Origin: the human T2T-CHM13v2.0 reference genome, Homo sapiens
Assembly: GCF_009914755.1 (NCBI RefSeq)
Contig: NC_060946.1
Length of the DNA stretch: 64,000 nt
Strand: one strand, 5' to 3'
The translations under genes and the position numbers were made by a program. Positions 40,031-64,000 of this stretch are shown in pieces. The notes beneath the pieces were generated by a model. The model saw only the letters and a list, made by a program, of their open reading frames with translations. It did not search any database and was not told where the DNA came from. Every line of letters begins with the position of its first letter. The stretch's first letter is position 1.

Positions 40031-43000
40031 GTATAGCTCAAGGTGAGAACCAGAGCACCAGCAGGCAGGCCTCTGCCAGGCAGCATGGGCAACGTGTGCT
40101 GGGTGAATGTGCGGCCTGCACTCATCACCCAGAAGAGCCCCACTGTGTCCACACAAGGACAGGCCACCGAAGTCCCAGTCCCCACTCTCCCTTCTCACTT
40201 ACTTTGTGAATGAGAGCTCACCAACAGTTTACCGTCTTCCGAGTGCTGCGGCCTCACCGCCCGACCCGCAGCAGGGGTGAGGGCTTGCAAAGGCCATGCA
40301 ACAGATCCTCCCCCTCAAAGGGGCTCAGGCCTCAGTGTGGTAATGGGAGCGGCCCCTTCCCACACTTGTCAGAGAACCCACCCACCCGGTGGAATGAAGC
40401 CGAAGCCCAAGCCGCAGGGCAACAGCCCGGGACGGCAGGGGACAAGTCTGTACAGCAGCCACACCCCTGCCAGAGCCAGGAGCTCTTCCATTTCCACAGC
40501 AGGCCAACTCTCACCTGGAAGCACCCACCTAACCAAACCCAATCCCTGCCTTCTTTTAGTCACACTGGGAACTGCCACAGGAAGGCTGGGGACTCCACAT
40601 ACTCCCTCCTCACCACACCCCATGTGTGATCACCCTTAAACAGAAAACATGCACCTAAGATCCTACGATGCGCTGCCCACCTCACAAAAAACCGGTGCCT
40701 CTAGGTAAGAGCACCTAGCTGACCCATCCCTGTTCCCTCTCACCATTAGAAGGACCCCCAAGTCCCCCTGTTCTAACACCGAGGCTGCACTCCCACTCTC
40801 CACCCACTAACATTACCATAAAAAATAAATTGAATAGTTAGAAGGAGGGGCTCCCCAAAGCCTGGCCACCTTCCCGAGGGTCCCAAGCAGTTTCTTGGAG
40901 TCCCTCTCCCCACTCAGTCCCGCCACACCCCTCTCAGGCAGTCTGGCCCTTCCCTCCTGAACTTTGGCGGGCTGGAACCAGCTCCCAGCCTCTCCTCCCT
41001 TATCAAGCTCACTGGGGGCCCACACAGAGCTCCCATCCCCACCAGCTTTTCTCGCTTTGCCACTCCCAGCTAAAACTGGGCTCAAGGCAAGCAAGCCTGC
41101 AGTCCCTCAGTCCCTCGGGGCCCAGCCCCTCCTCAGAGCCCTCCCCCAGCCCAGGTCCCTAACCCTTAGGGCAAGGCCCCTCCCAGCAGGAAGCGAACCC
41201 TGGCGGTGCCAGGCAGAGTCAAACTGGAAGGGCTGGTTCAGAAGCCCCTAAATGGGAGCCAGGACCTCTCTTAGGGAGGGGGCTTTCAGCCCCATCCTCC
41301 CTAGTGCGATCTCAGATCTCTCCAGACACCACACTATATGGGCCTCCACAGGCGGTGGAGTCAAAGGCATTTACCCTCCAGCCCCCAGCAAGCTACTTAA
41401 CTTCCAAAAGCAGCTCCTTCCCTCCTCCAGAGGAGAACGGGCCGCGTGCTGAACTGCAAGCGCCTCTATCACCCCGCCCAGGCAAGTCTGTGAGCACCAG
41501 AAAGCAGGGGCCAACATGACTTGGTCTAAACCAAGGGGGCCAGGCACTGACTTTGCGCTCAGAAAATGTGGCGGAATGAATAAAAAGCTTGAAAAAGAGC
41601 CGCATACATGCCTGGCTGGCAGTGGGGTCTCCCAAGCGGGCTTCACAGCTCACACAGTACCCGTGGGTCCGCGTCCTCAGTGCTCTCCAGCTGTCTCCAC
41701 TGCCACCCTCTACCCTACCACTGCCTTTTAAAACCCAGTAGCAGTCACTTCCTGGTTAAAACCCCTCCCCTCCAGGCCAACCCCAACCCACATGGCATCC
41801 AGGGTTCTCAGCCAGCCCACGGCCGGCTCCTCCCACGCCACCGCTATGCCCTCTGCGCTCCGCTAGATGCCAGCCCTTATCACCCCATCTTATAATCATT
41901 TGTTGAGTGTCTGCCTTCCCTAGGCTGAGCTCCAGAAAACAGCGATACATGAATGTAAACTCCAGTTCTGTTCCCATTGTAGAAACCCGGCAGGAGAGTC
42001 AATCACTGCTCAAGGTCATGACGGGAGTAAATGGCAGAGCCAGCAATGCACTACAGACTTTGCGACCGACCAAGTCCAGTTCCCCTCTCACTGCCCCACA
42101 GGGGTCCGTCCTAGGCCAGGCTCGGAGGAGACAAGAAGGGAGGAACCCAATGTGTTCTTTCTTCCCGCGGTGAAAGCTGCCTCCCAGGCCAGCAAGAGCA
42201 GCCCAGAAGAAGTGCCCCACTCTCCCAGGGATCAGGTACTGGGGGCAGCGGGCAGGACAAGGTATGGGGTGGGGCTGACTGCTCCAGGCCAACAGACCAA
42301 GCAATAAGGTTGGAACCACAAGTCCCCTGGGTAAACTGAACTTTATTCCTTCCTCACGGCTCTCACTCTCCAGAACTGCCCCGCCAGCTCTTCTCCAGGG
42401 GCTGGCTGCTGATTAAATGGCACTTCCCCACCCCTCAGATCTGACCCCGCAAACAATAAGGACTTGAGGGGAGGCGGCAGGCTATCAGCTCAATAATGCA
42501 AAACCCTGTTGCTCCTCGTCCACAACAGCTGACTTCAAGTGGATGGGAGGCTGCGCTTATTAACAAAATGAGAAATCTGATCTACGGAAAGAAAACACTA
42601 CGTGAGGATTAATCCGCGACTGCAGCTTGTGGAGAAGGCTGGGCTGCTGGCCAAGACCAAGGATCGAGGATGGGATCGTGCCTACCTGTCCCCAGAGCAG
42701 GTATCATGCAGCACAACAGGACTCATCACCCCTGCCCCACCTGCGCCTTCTCTTCTCCTTCCAGCAACTTCGACAATCATTTCGGTTTTGCTTTAATTAA
42801 AGGCCTGACTCCCTCGGGCTGCTTCTTCCTCTACACAGAGGCAGCAACCAGAGGGAGATTTTTCTTTTCAGGAATCGGTCGTAAAAACTCAGTGACTAAT
42901 CTACAAGTTCCAACAACTGGCAGAAAAACACCGCAGGGAGAGGTTGCTGGGCACACAGCAGCACTCAGAGCCAACTGACCAGAGAAGCTGGGCCACAGGC

Positions 43001-44189
43001 ACTCTACTACAACCTCCCTCCCCCAGCCCGACACTGGCCTGCCGACCCACCTGAGAGCTCTGACCTCCCAAGGCAGGCAGCTGGGGAGCCTCTTCCCAGC
43101 CTTCCAAGTCTACTGCTCGTCCTGTGGGACCCAGAGATCTTCACAGTCTCAATGGCACAAGACGGAACGTTCACTTCCAGGCAACAATCCTGCGCCACAG
43201 GACTCAGTTCAGCCCCCAAGTATCAGACTCCCGGCCCTGTTCTTGGTGTTCAGAGCCCACTAAACCAGCAGTCTTGCCACACAGCTTTGTCTCCAGAGGC
43301 CAGCTCATCTGCTTTTTTTCACACTACTCCAGCAACCCTGCTCCACCAAGCACGCACACTCTCCTTGACACAGGGCTCCAGACCAACCACATGGCCTGTG
43401 CTCCTGAAAATGCCTGCCTGAAGGCCCAGGGAGTCCAGACACTGGCAGATGAGAATGGACGAAAAGAAGCCAAGCCAGAAGCCAGGAAGCAATAAATGCT
43501 AGACCCAGAAAGGCCTTAGGTTTGAGTGACCCAGCTCCATCCCTCCATCCTGGATCCTTGGAGGACAGCCCCAAGTTCAGCCTAGGAGCTCCCAAGGCCC
43601 CTCCACTACCTGCCAGCTCTCCGACAGCACAAGAGACACAGCAATCCCACATCAGTCAACAACCCACCGCCACAGGATTCCTAGGGGCAAGGCTCTGCCC
43701 CTCCCCCCAGCACATATGTCAGAGGGGTGGCTTCCCTGGGTTACACCCCTCCTGCTGTTGGGGGAGTGGGGGGTCGGGGAACACAGCTTTCCAGATGTGC
43801 TTGGCAACTCCTACTAGAAAAGACTAGGGGTGCGGGGGACAGGAGAAGACATGGATAAATAACTTTAACACCGCTCCAACCCATCCGGCTCAGCACTGGG
43901 CTCCCTTACACAGGCAGTCCCAGGCAGTTCTGGGTGGGGCCGTTGGGAGCATTATCTGGCCTCATTCCCTCCTCTCAGCAAGTCACTGCCCCCCAGGGAG
44001 AGGCATTCCCCCCCCCCCCCCAACCACGCACACACCCAGGCCTGTGTGAATATGAACCATCTTGGAAGATAAACAGAGAGTGACAAGCTGGGGCCCCTCA
44101 GCCCCCTCCCTCAGCCAGCCGGTCCCTTCCCCCTGAAAGCCGACCCCCTCCCCCAAGCCCATCTCTCTTCCTGCCAAGCGGCTGCCTAC

Positions 44190-45810
44190 AGGAGAGGTCT
44201 GGGGGCAGGGCAGCGAGCCCACCAGCCGCAGAGCCCGGCCCTCTGGGAGCGGCCCCTCCAGGCCCGCCCCTGCCCCTGCCGTGGCCAGTCTTCCCGCGGG
44301 GAGGAGGCAAGAGGAGAGGAGACCGCAGACGGTGCAGGACCGCAGTCCTGGAAATCGCAAAATCCTCTAGCGAGGGGGCGAACGCGGGCGCAGGGCCGTT
44401 TGCATAATGGGAGCCCTCCCGCCTGTCAGGCAGCGCAGCTCGCCCGACGCTGTTCGGATTAGATTGCTAATGAAAAGGCACAAAGAGCCGGCGCCCGCTC
44501 GCCCGCCGACCCCCGCTCCGCAGACCCGCGCCGCCTGGGCCTGGCGCGGCCCGGTGGGCTTTGTGCCCCGGGTGCCCCACCGCCCGCGCCCCTCCGGGCA
44601 TCTGGCCCACAAAGCCCGGGCCTGCCAGGGGTCCCGCGTGCGCCCCAGCCCAGGCCCGCCAGACGCTAGCGCGTCCCCCACGCGCGCAGTCCCACGTCGC
44701 CCGGGCGCGCGCGCGTCCACGCCCCTCTCCCCGGGGACGCGCCCAGCCCGCGGCCCCGGCCCCCGCCCGCTCCCCGCGCCCCCCGCCCCACAAGGCCGCC
44801 CCTCACCTCGTGTGCGTCGGCGGCGGCGCTCCGCCCGCCGGCCGGCCGGCCCTACCAGCGGCCCTTGTCCTCAGCGCCCGGCTCGCGCCGCACGCGCCCG
44901 CCCCGTCCGCCTGCCGCCAGCCCGGCTCGGCTCCCCGCCTAGCGCGCCCCGAGCGCCGCTCACAGCCGCCCGCCCAGCGCCATCTTGGAAGCTTGTGACG
45001 TCGGCGCCGCCCGCTCACCCCTGACCCACATCTGAATGGGCGAGCGGCGGGGCGGGGACAGGGGGCAGCTGGGGGCGTGGCCTGTGAACAGGGGCGGGGC
45101 CTGCGGGGGCGGGGCCGGGCCGGACAGCGGTCCCAGCACTAGGCGGGGCGGGCTGCCGGGGTCCGGCGCCGTGGGGGAGGGGTGCGCGGGAGGAGCCGGG
45201 GACCCAGACCCCGGACATCTAACCGGACTCCGACCTCAAGCGCCAGGGCAGGACCGCGACCTCGCCCCTGAAATACCCGGACCGCATACCGGCCCCCGGG
45301 ACAGGGACCCTGGCCCCCCCCGACAGGCTGACGCCCACCCCCTCAAACTCTGGTGGACTTACCCCCTTTTAGCCCTACCCTGACCCCTAGGAGCCCCGAA
45401 TTAGGGACCTCTATCGGCCTACGCGCCCCCTCCCCGACCCCTTTGCGACCCCTGCTCGACGCTCCCTGCGGTTGCCCGAGGCTCAAAGGCGCAGCCAGCA
45501 GTGACTGCAAGCTCGGGGGTCTGGGCTCCTGGGGAAGCCCGGGCTGGTTGGGTGCAAAAGAGAAGGGGCGCCCCTCCCGTGACCCCAGCGCCCCTCGGGC
45601 CCCCGCGGGCGCACCCCCGCGAACCCTACCTGCTCCGAGGGCGCGGAGGACCCAGCACGCTGCGCTCAGCCAGCCCCTTCCGGTGGCCGCAGCCCCTCGC
45701 AGGCCCCAGGGGTCAAGCGCCTGCCCGAGCCGGCCCACCAGGACCCGGGCTCCCGGCCGCCATGCAGATAGCCTTCCCAGGGGCTGGGCTGGCCTGAGCC
45801 GCCACTGCTT
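44190..45810. promoter_or_regulatory. HIC2: CpG island / HIC2 promoter
   Basis: Very high GC and CpG density. YY1-type CAAGATGGCG on the minus strand (44978-44987), CRE-like TGACGTC (44996-45002), and several GGGGCGGGG Sp/KLF boxes (~45049-45115). Confidence 0.9.
44807..44990 (-). other. HIC2: HIC2 non-coding exon 1 (5' end approximate)
   Basis: Consensus donor CGAG|gtgagg at 44807/44806 inside the CpG island, with a YY1/CRE/GC-box promoter immediately upstream. The TSS is not directly visible. Confidence 0.75.
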
Positions 45811-46004
45811 CTCTAGGGAGCTAGTTAATGGACCGCTCTCTACTTTGAACACCAAACAAAGGAACACACCACTATCGAGGTCGCCCAAGTCCAAGAGGAG
45901 CCCAGGTCTGCCTTACAGGGAAGTTGTGCCCCAGCTCCAGTCAAGATCAAAAACCAGTTTCAATAACCCTTCGCCAAGCTGATGATGCAACCTTTCTTTC
46001 CTAA

Positions 46005-46430
46005 TGGATGTATAGGTTTAATGTCATCCTAACAACATTTCTTAGACTTCACAAAATTCTAAGTTCACCTGGAAAAATAAATAGCCGAAAACAGCTATGG
46101 TTTTCCCCCCTTGGGAACAAAAGCAGGCATGAGGGTAGACTTGCCCTAACAGATATCAAAACAAATTGTAAAGCTACCGCAGGCATTTCAGTGTGGTACA
46201 GAACAGGAAATAGAATAGAAAGCCTAGAAACATCCTAGAAATGGTAAGAACACAATAGATGAAAAAGGAAATATCAAACATCTGTGGAAAAAAAAGAGCT
46301 ATCAAACATCCCTGAAGAAGAACAAGAATATTCCACAAATAGAGCCTAGCAGAGGACTCACTATTTGAAGGAACGACTGAAAAAAAAAGTCAACCATTCT
46401 ACTAACCCAAGACATATAAATTAAAACTAT
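46005..46430 (+). mobile_element. Degraded L1 ORF2 fragment
   Basis: Translation YRFNVI...GRLALTDIKTNCKATAGISVWY...NRIE resembles L1 ORF2 YRFNAIP...[23 protein letters not shown]...NRTE. Confidence 0.75.
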
Positions 46431-46431
46431 A

Positions 46432-46735
46432 GGCCGGGCGCGGTGGCTCACGCCTGTAATCCCAGCACTTTGGGAGGCCAAGGCGGGCGGATCACGAGGT
46501 CAGGAGATCGAGACCATCCTGGCTAACACGGTGACACCCCGTCTGTACTAAAAATACAAAAAATTAGCCAGGCGAGGTGGCGGGCGCTTGTAGTCCCAGC
46601 TACTCGGGAGGCTGAGGCAGGAGAATGGCGTGAACCCCGGGGGGCGGAGCCTGCAGTGAGCCGAGATCGTGCCACTGCACTCCAACCTGGGCGACAGCGA
46701 GACTCCGTCTCAAAAAAATAAATAAATAAATAAAA
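46432..46735 (+). mobile_element. Young AluY (Ye-lineage-like)
   Basis: Variants ggcgaggtgg, gaaccccggggggcggagcctg and gacagcgag; TSD taaaactata (46422-46431, 46736-46745); CpGs largely intact. Confidence 0.85.
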
Positions 46736-46904
46736 TAAAACTATAAGAAGCTGGGTTTTCTCCTAAACAAATTAAAAATCAGTTTCAAGTGATAACCTTC
46801 AAACACAAGGTCTGATAGGTAATCACTCTCATATACTTTTGGAAGCACATAAATCACCTCAAAATTCCTGGACATGAGTTTGGCGGTATGAGCCAAAAGT
46901 TGTT

Positions 46905-50700
<3,796 letters not shown>

Positions 50701-50887
50701 TTTTTTAAAGTTAAATTCTCCCTCCTCCTCCACCCTAATCAGTCCTTTCTGAAGTAACATTAACAGTTTAACTCTCTTCTCTGACATCAATATGTATCTA
50801 CTCACCTTACAAAAAAGATCCTACTATTTTGAAATCATAGACATTTTTCTAGTTCATTTCCATAATTCATTCTTTTTTTTTTTTTTT

Positions 50888-51311
<424 letters not shown>

Positions 51312-51365
51312 CATAATTCATTCTTTAAGAGCTGACAAATGTTCCAGAGTATGGAGCTTCTGTAA

Positions 51366-52085
<720 letters not shown>

Positions 52086-52519
52086 AAATAAAATAGCAGA
52101 TTTCAAAAATTTGTTCTCCCTGGCAGCAACCCAGTAAAGCTAGATCTGGGCGGAAGGTAATATGGAAATATAAAAACTACAGATTAGCAGGGATGGGAAG
52201 ACCCGCCAGAAATGGGTTCATTTTGTGTCCTCACTCCCTCCGGATTCTCTGTGTGTCTAGTCCAAGATCTAACCACTATGATCTGCTTTCCTCATCCATT
52301 TGGGAATCAGGGCACCACCCCCTTGGGAGGCTTGAATGACAGGAGGTTGAGCAGGCAGAGCACGGAACTCAGGCTCTGGTGAGCCCTGGTACAGTGACTA
52401 TGATTGTTGTGTCATGTAGGAAGGGTCTGTTATTTTACCATTATCTGTTTTCAATAAAAAACAGAAAGAAAACAAATATACAAAATACCCCCAAACAGTA
52501 AATTTCAGCTTCTTACTAT

Positions 52520-52916
52520 GACAGCTAGATTTAGCATTTAACAGTATGCCCAAATTTGAATTTCGGATAAACAACCAATAATGCTTAATATAAGTATGTC
52601 CCGGCCGGGCGCGGTGGCTCACGCCTGTAATCCCAGCCCTTTGGGAGGCCGAGGCGGGCGGATCACGAGGTCAGGAGATCAAGACCATCCTGGCTAACAC
52701 GGTGAAACCCCGTCTCTACTAAAAATACAAAAAATTAGCCGGGCGCGGTGGCGGGCGCCTGTAGTCCCAGCTACTCGGGAGGCTGAGGCAGGAGAATGGC
52801 GTGAACCCCAGGAGGCGGAGCCTGCAGTGAGCTGAGATCGTGCCACTGCACTCCAGCCTGGGTGACAGCGAGACTCTGTCTCAAAAAAAAAAAAAAAAGT
52901 ATGTCCCATACAATAT
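52520..52916 (+). mobile_element. MER53-like hAT MITE half, with an AluY (52603-52896) inserted near its palindromic centre
   Basis: agatttagca...aaatttgaatttcggataaacaaccaataat...ataagtatgtccc|Alu|aagtatgtcccatacaatat; TSD aagtatgtccc at 52592-52602 and 52897-52907. Confidence 0.75.
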
Positions 52917-52919
52917 CAC

Positions 52920-53233
52920 TTCTCACCTTCCCATATCCCAAGCTCAAGACACCTTATATACGCCATGATTTCTCCTGCCATCTCTGGGCATTCACACCAG
53001 GGCTCCTCCTGTCCAGGCCAGCCTTCTCCCTTCTCCCACCTGTGCCTGGTGAACAACTCAGTTCAGACATCATCTCTTGTAGGAAGTCTCCTGTGATCCC
53101 AGGCTAATCACCCTGATACAGTCCTGAAATACTGCTGAGCAGTTGGCATGAGGGCAGGAAGGCTTGGTCTTGTTCACTCTTGTATCCAGCTTATACATGG
53201 CACAAAGTAGGTTCTCAATTAAAAGTCAAATGA
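52920..53233 (+). mobile_element. L2 3' end remnant
   Basis: tcttgttcactcttgtatccag...ggcacaaagtaggttctcaattaaa...aatga is a typical L2 terminus. Confidence 0.6.
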
Positions 53234-53235
53234 GG

Positions 53236-54625
<1,390 letters not shown>

Positions 54626-55207
54626 ACCCAGTAGAAAACCAAGGTTAGAGAGGTTAAGTCACCTGCCCAAGGTCCGTAGCTAACCTCAGACTCCAGCCCC
54701 TCAGACTGACATGAGCTCAGTTCACCCTCTTAGGAACACCATCTGAAGAATGCATCCCCAGCAAGCCTATTCCCTATAGCAAAGGCCAGGCCTGTGATGG
54801 GTGCCCCGCTCCTCACCACACACCTCCCTGTCAAGTCACCACTCCTTCACCCCTAGCAGAGCCAGGCACCTTGAGCCCAAGGGAGGCCACTCATGGAACT
54901 GTCATTCAACCAACAGATGCTGACAGCAATGATGAGGTGGGCACTGGGCTAGTGAACAGCACAGATGTGTTCCCTGGCCTCAGAAGCCCACAGACTAAGG
55001 AGAAGATGACAGAATACTCACAAGGGTGCTGGGGCTGGGCAAAAAGGTGCAGGCTGCTTTGTCTGGTCATAAGAGGGGAACTGACTTCCCTGGTCTGAGG
55101 AGCCAAGGAAGGGGCCGTGCCCTTGCCATGCCCTCTGCCTGCCATGCCTTGCTGTTCTTCAGTGCCTGCTCTAAGGTCACTCCTAGTGTGGTTTTCTCTG
55201 GCTGCTC

Positions 55208-58749
<3,542 letters not shown>

Positions 58750-61170
58750 GAGGGTGGGAGTGGACCAAGGCCTAATGGCATGGAATTTGCAAACTCTATC
58801 TTCCTACTTTTCTCTGGGGAGCCTTCCTCCATCACCAGGGCCCAGCAGGGCCTCAGATGGCAGGGGGTGGGGCGGGGGCTACACATATCCCTCATGGCCA
58901 AGATGCTAGGAAGCCCCTGAGCTGGGGCAACAGCCTCTGGTCACAGTCATGAGGGAGGCTGGGTGCAGTAGCGCTTATCTCGCCTGACCTTGTGGAGACT
59001 GACCACTCCCTTCTTCTGGAAAACGTTGCCCCCTGCCCTCTCCAAGGCCTCCTCCTTCTTACATCCCCTGGTCCTGGCTAGGGCCTCAGCACCCAATTCT
59101 ACTCCTTGACCCACCACCCTGTGGTGCTTTTGCCGGGCCCCAGCCCACAGCCATCTGCCAAACACCTCCCCCTGGAGTCCCTGCGGCGTCTCTGACTCAG
59201 CAGGTCTGTGCCTGCCCCTGCTGTTCCCCCCACCCAGTGGCTCTGCAGAGCACCCTGTTGCCCAAGCCCTGAGTGCTGGCCACTCCCAGGGCCTCGCCTT
59301 CCCCCACCACCAGCACCACCAATTTGAATTCCTATCTCTCCCTCTGGCCTCCTCCCTAGACCCAGGCCCTGCCCCAGGGTGGGGGAAGGAATCCTATAGA
59401 TAAGGGCATTGGTCAAAGGGACACACCTGGGTTCGGGCCCCCAGCTCTGCCCCCAACCTGCTAAATGACCACACCCCTCTCCAAATCTGAGTTATTCCCT
59501 ATGTAAAAGGGGGAAATAATTAAACTAGCTGGGTATGCTGTGCTGAGCAATATGTGAGCTCAGGAAAGGTCAGTTTTCCAGGGGAAGTATGGCCGCTGAG
59601 AGCCTCAGTCTAGTGCTTCTCATTCACGAGCTGGTTGGTGCCTTTCCTAAATTGGAAATGGGTTAGTCCACAAATCCCGTTGCCTGGTCCATGCCAGGTC
59701 CAGGTACCTGCATTCAGGGTGCAGGGTGGAGTAAGACAGTCTGAAGGGAGAGGTAGCAGGATGAATGAGTAATTCCTGGGTGCGTTTTGGGATTATGCCT
59801 AAGGGCTGTCCGAGCACGTGGGAGGGGTAGCTAAATCCTGTAAGGGAGGGGAGAATGGGGAAGGCTGCCTGCAAGAGGTGGTGGAGGGTGCTTTCAAAGG
59901 ATACCTGGGAGTGAGCTGGCTGTAGGCACAGGGCAGCTGGAAGGCCAATTTTAGGGAAGAGGAAATTGAGGCTGAAAGTCAAAAAACAAAGGAACTGCCT
60001 GAGGTCTCTCAACTGAGAAGTGAGTGGGCCAGGGTTCACATTCAGCCCCCACTCCATTCTCAGGCCGGGCAGGAAGGTACTTTGCCCTCAGGAGGGCACC
60101 TTCGACCCAAAGCACCCTGACCAAGAGGCTGTGCACCGTGGCAACCCTAAGACTGAGGCCCAGGTCCTGGAGTTCCACCAAGGTAGGTACAACCAGCCAG
60201 GCCGTCAGTGACAGGAGGATTTACTGGGGCTTCTAGGGACCCCGTGAAAGGGCAAAAAGACGGCACAGAAGCCTGTGGATATCAGATATAGATAGTGAGG
60301 GCTAGGGCTTTATGGGGAGGGTGGATGGGCCCTGTGGGCGGGGGATGTTTAGGAGATCTTCCAAACAGAGCATTCCAGCCTGGGGGAACAACCCATTATA
60401 GACCCCACCCAGCACCGAAGACAGGGACAGGTGGGGCTGAGCCTGGAGGCTGGCAGGACCTGTGCGGCCGGCTGCGGTGTCAGCAATGCCACCGTGTGTG
60501 GAACCCTCTGTGCCTAGGTTCCTGGAGCCAGCTCCACCTGGCAATGTGCTTTGTTTCACAAGACTAGAGTTGGCCCATCTTGTTCCGCCTCAGATGGAAC
60601 ACCTGACCTCCTGCACACCCCACCCAGCCTCCAAATTCAACCACCCCAGTAGTGAGACAGGGAGAGTAGGGTGTGACCAGAAGGTGGAATGAGCTTAAAA
60701 TAGGCTGCAGAGATATCTCTGAGCTTTTAAAAAGTCGTATCTTTCATATCGTGTTCTTGTGAAATCTTCTCCAGATTTTTTACAATGACTCTGAAATTGA
60801 TCAGTTAGCCTCATGCTTTCAAAATCCATAGCCGCAGTGAGCGAGAGGGGGCAGGTCAGCTAGAGGTGGAGGGGGCAGATGGGCCAGAGGCGCCTGGGCA
60901 GGGGTGGATGGGGCCTGGACAGGCTTAGTGACCCTTGCACCAGAACTCTCCGGACACCGCCCCTTCGCCCACTCGTTAGGCTCCTCTGCCTTCGGGCCGG
61001 CTGGGCTGCCCATCCCCGCTCGTTCCCCTCCTGGGCAGGTCTGGACTGGACAGGTTTTGGGCCTCCAGGTCGTGCAGTCAGTCAGGGAAGGGGCCTGGTG
61101 CAGGCCACAGCCAGGCATCCACCTCCTTCCCAGCCCACCCCTACCCCCCAGCAGCCTGCCAACTTGCTAG

Positions 61171-64000
<2,830 letters not shown>

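Noticed and set aside
44367-45982. Pro/Arg/Ala-rich ORFs up to 209 aa
   Set aside because: Expected from stop-codon scarcity in a CpG island.

Overview
Primate (almost certainly human or great-ape, 22q11.21-type) genomic DNA containing the whole HIC2 gene on the minus strand. The gene has a CpG-island promoter and non-coding exon 1 (~44807-44990), a ~25 kb intron 1, and exon 2 (19485-19583) with the start codon. Its large exon 3 (~10875-17420) encodes the BTB/POZ domain, a GLDLSKK CtBP motif and five C2H2 fingers, followed by a ~4.7 kb 3'UTR. The spliced CDS is 1848 nt (615 aa). The rest of the window is very Alu-dense, with old L1/L2/MIR/MaLR/hAT remnants and a U13 (SNORD13) retro-pseudogene split by an AluY. 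I see no clearly new multi-gene system. The best second-look items are: (1) an overlapping uORF whose frame relative to HIC2 is set by a C10 homopolymer; (2) a TATA/MEF2/NBRE motif cluster just upstream of exon 2; (3) clustered let-7 and miR-181 seed sites; (4) serial Alu insertion at one regenerated target site; (5) an apparent Alu-Alu gene-conversion tract; and (6) the nested U13/AluY retroposon. Repeat-family names come from recalled consensus sequences, not from a RepeatMasker run.
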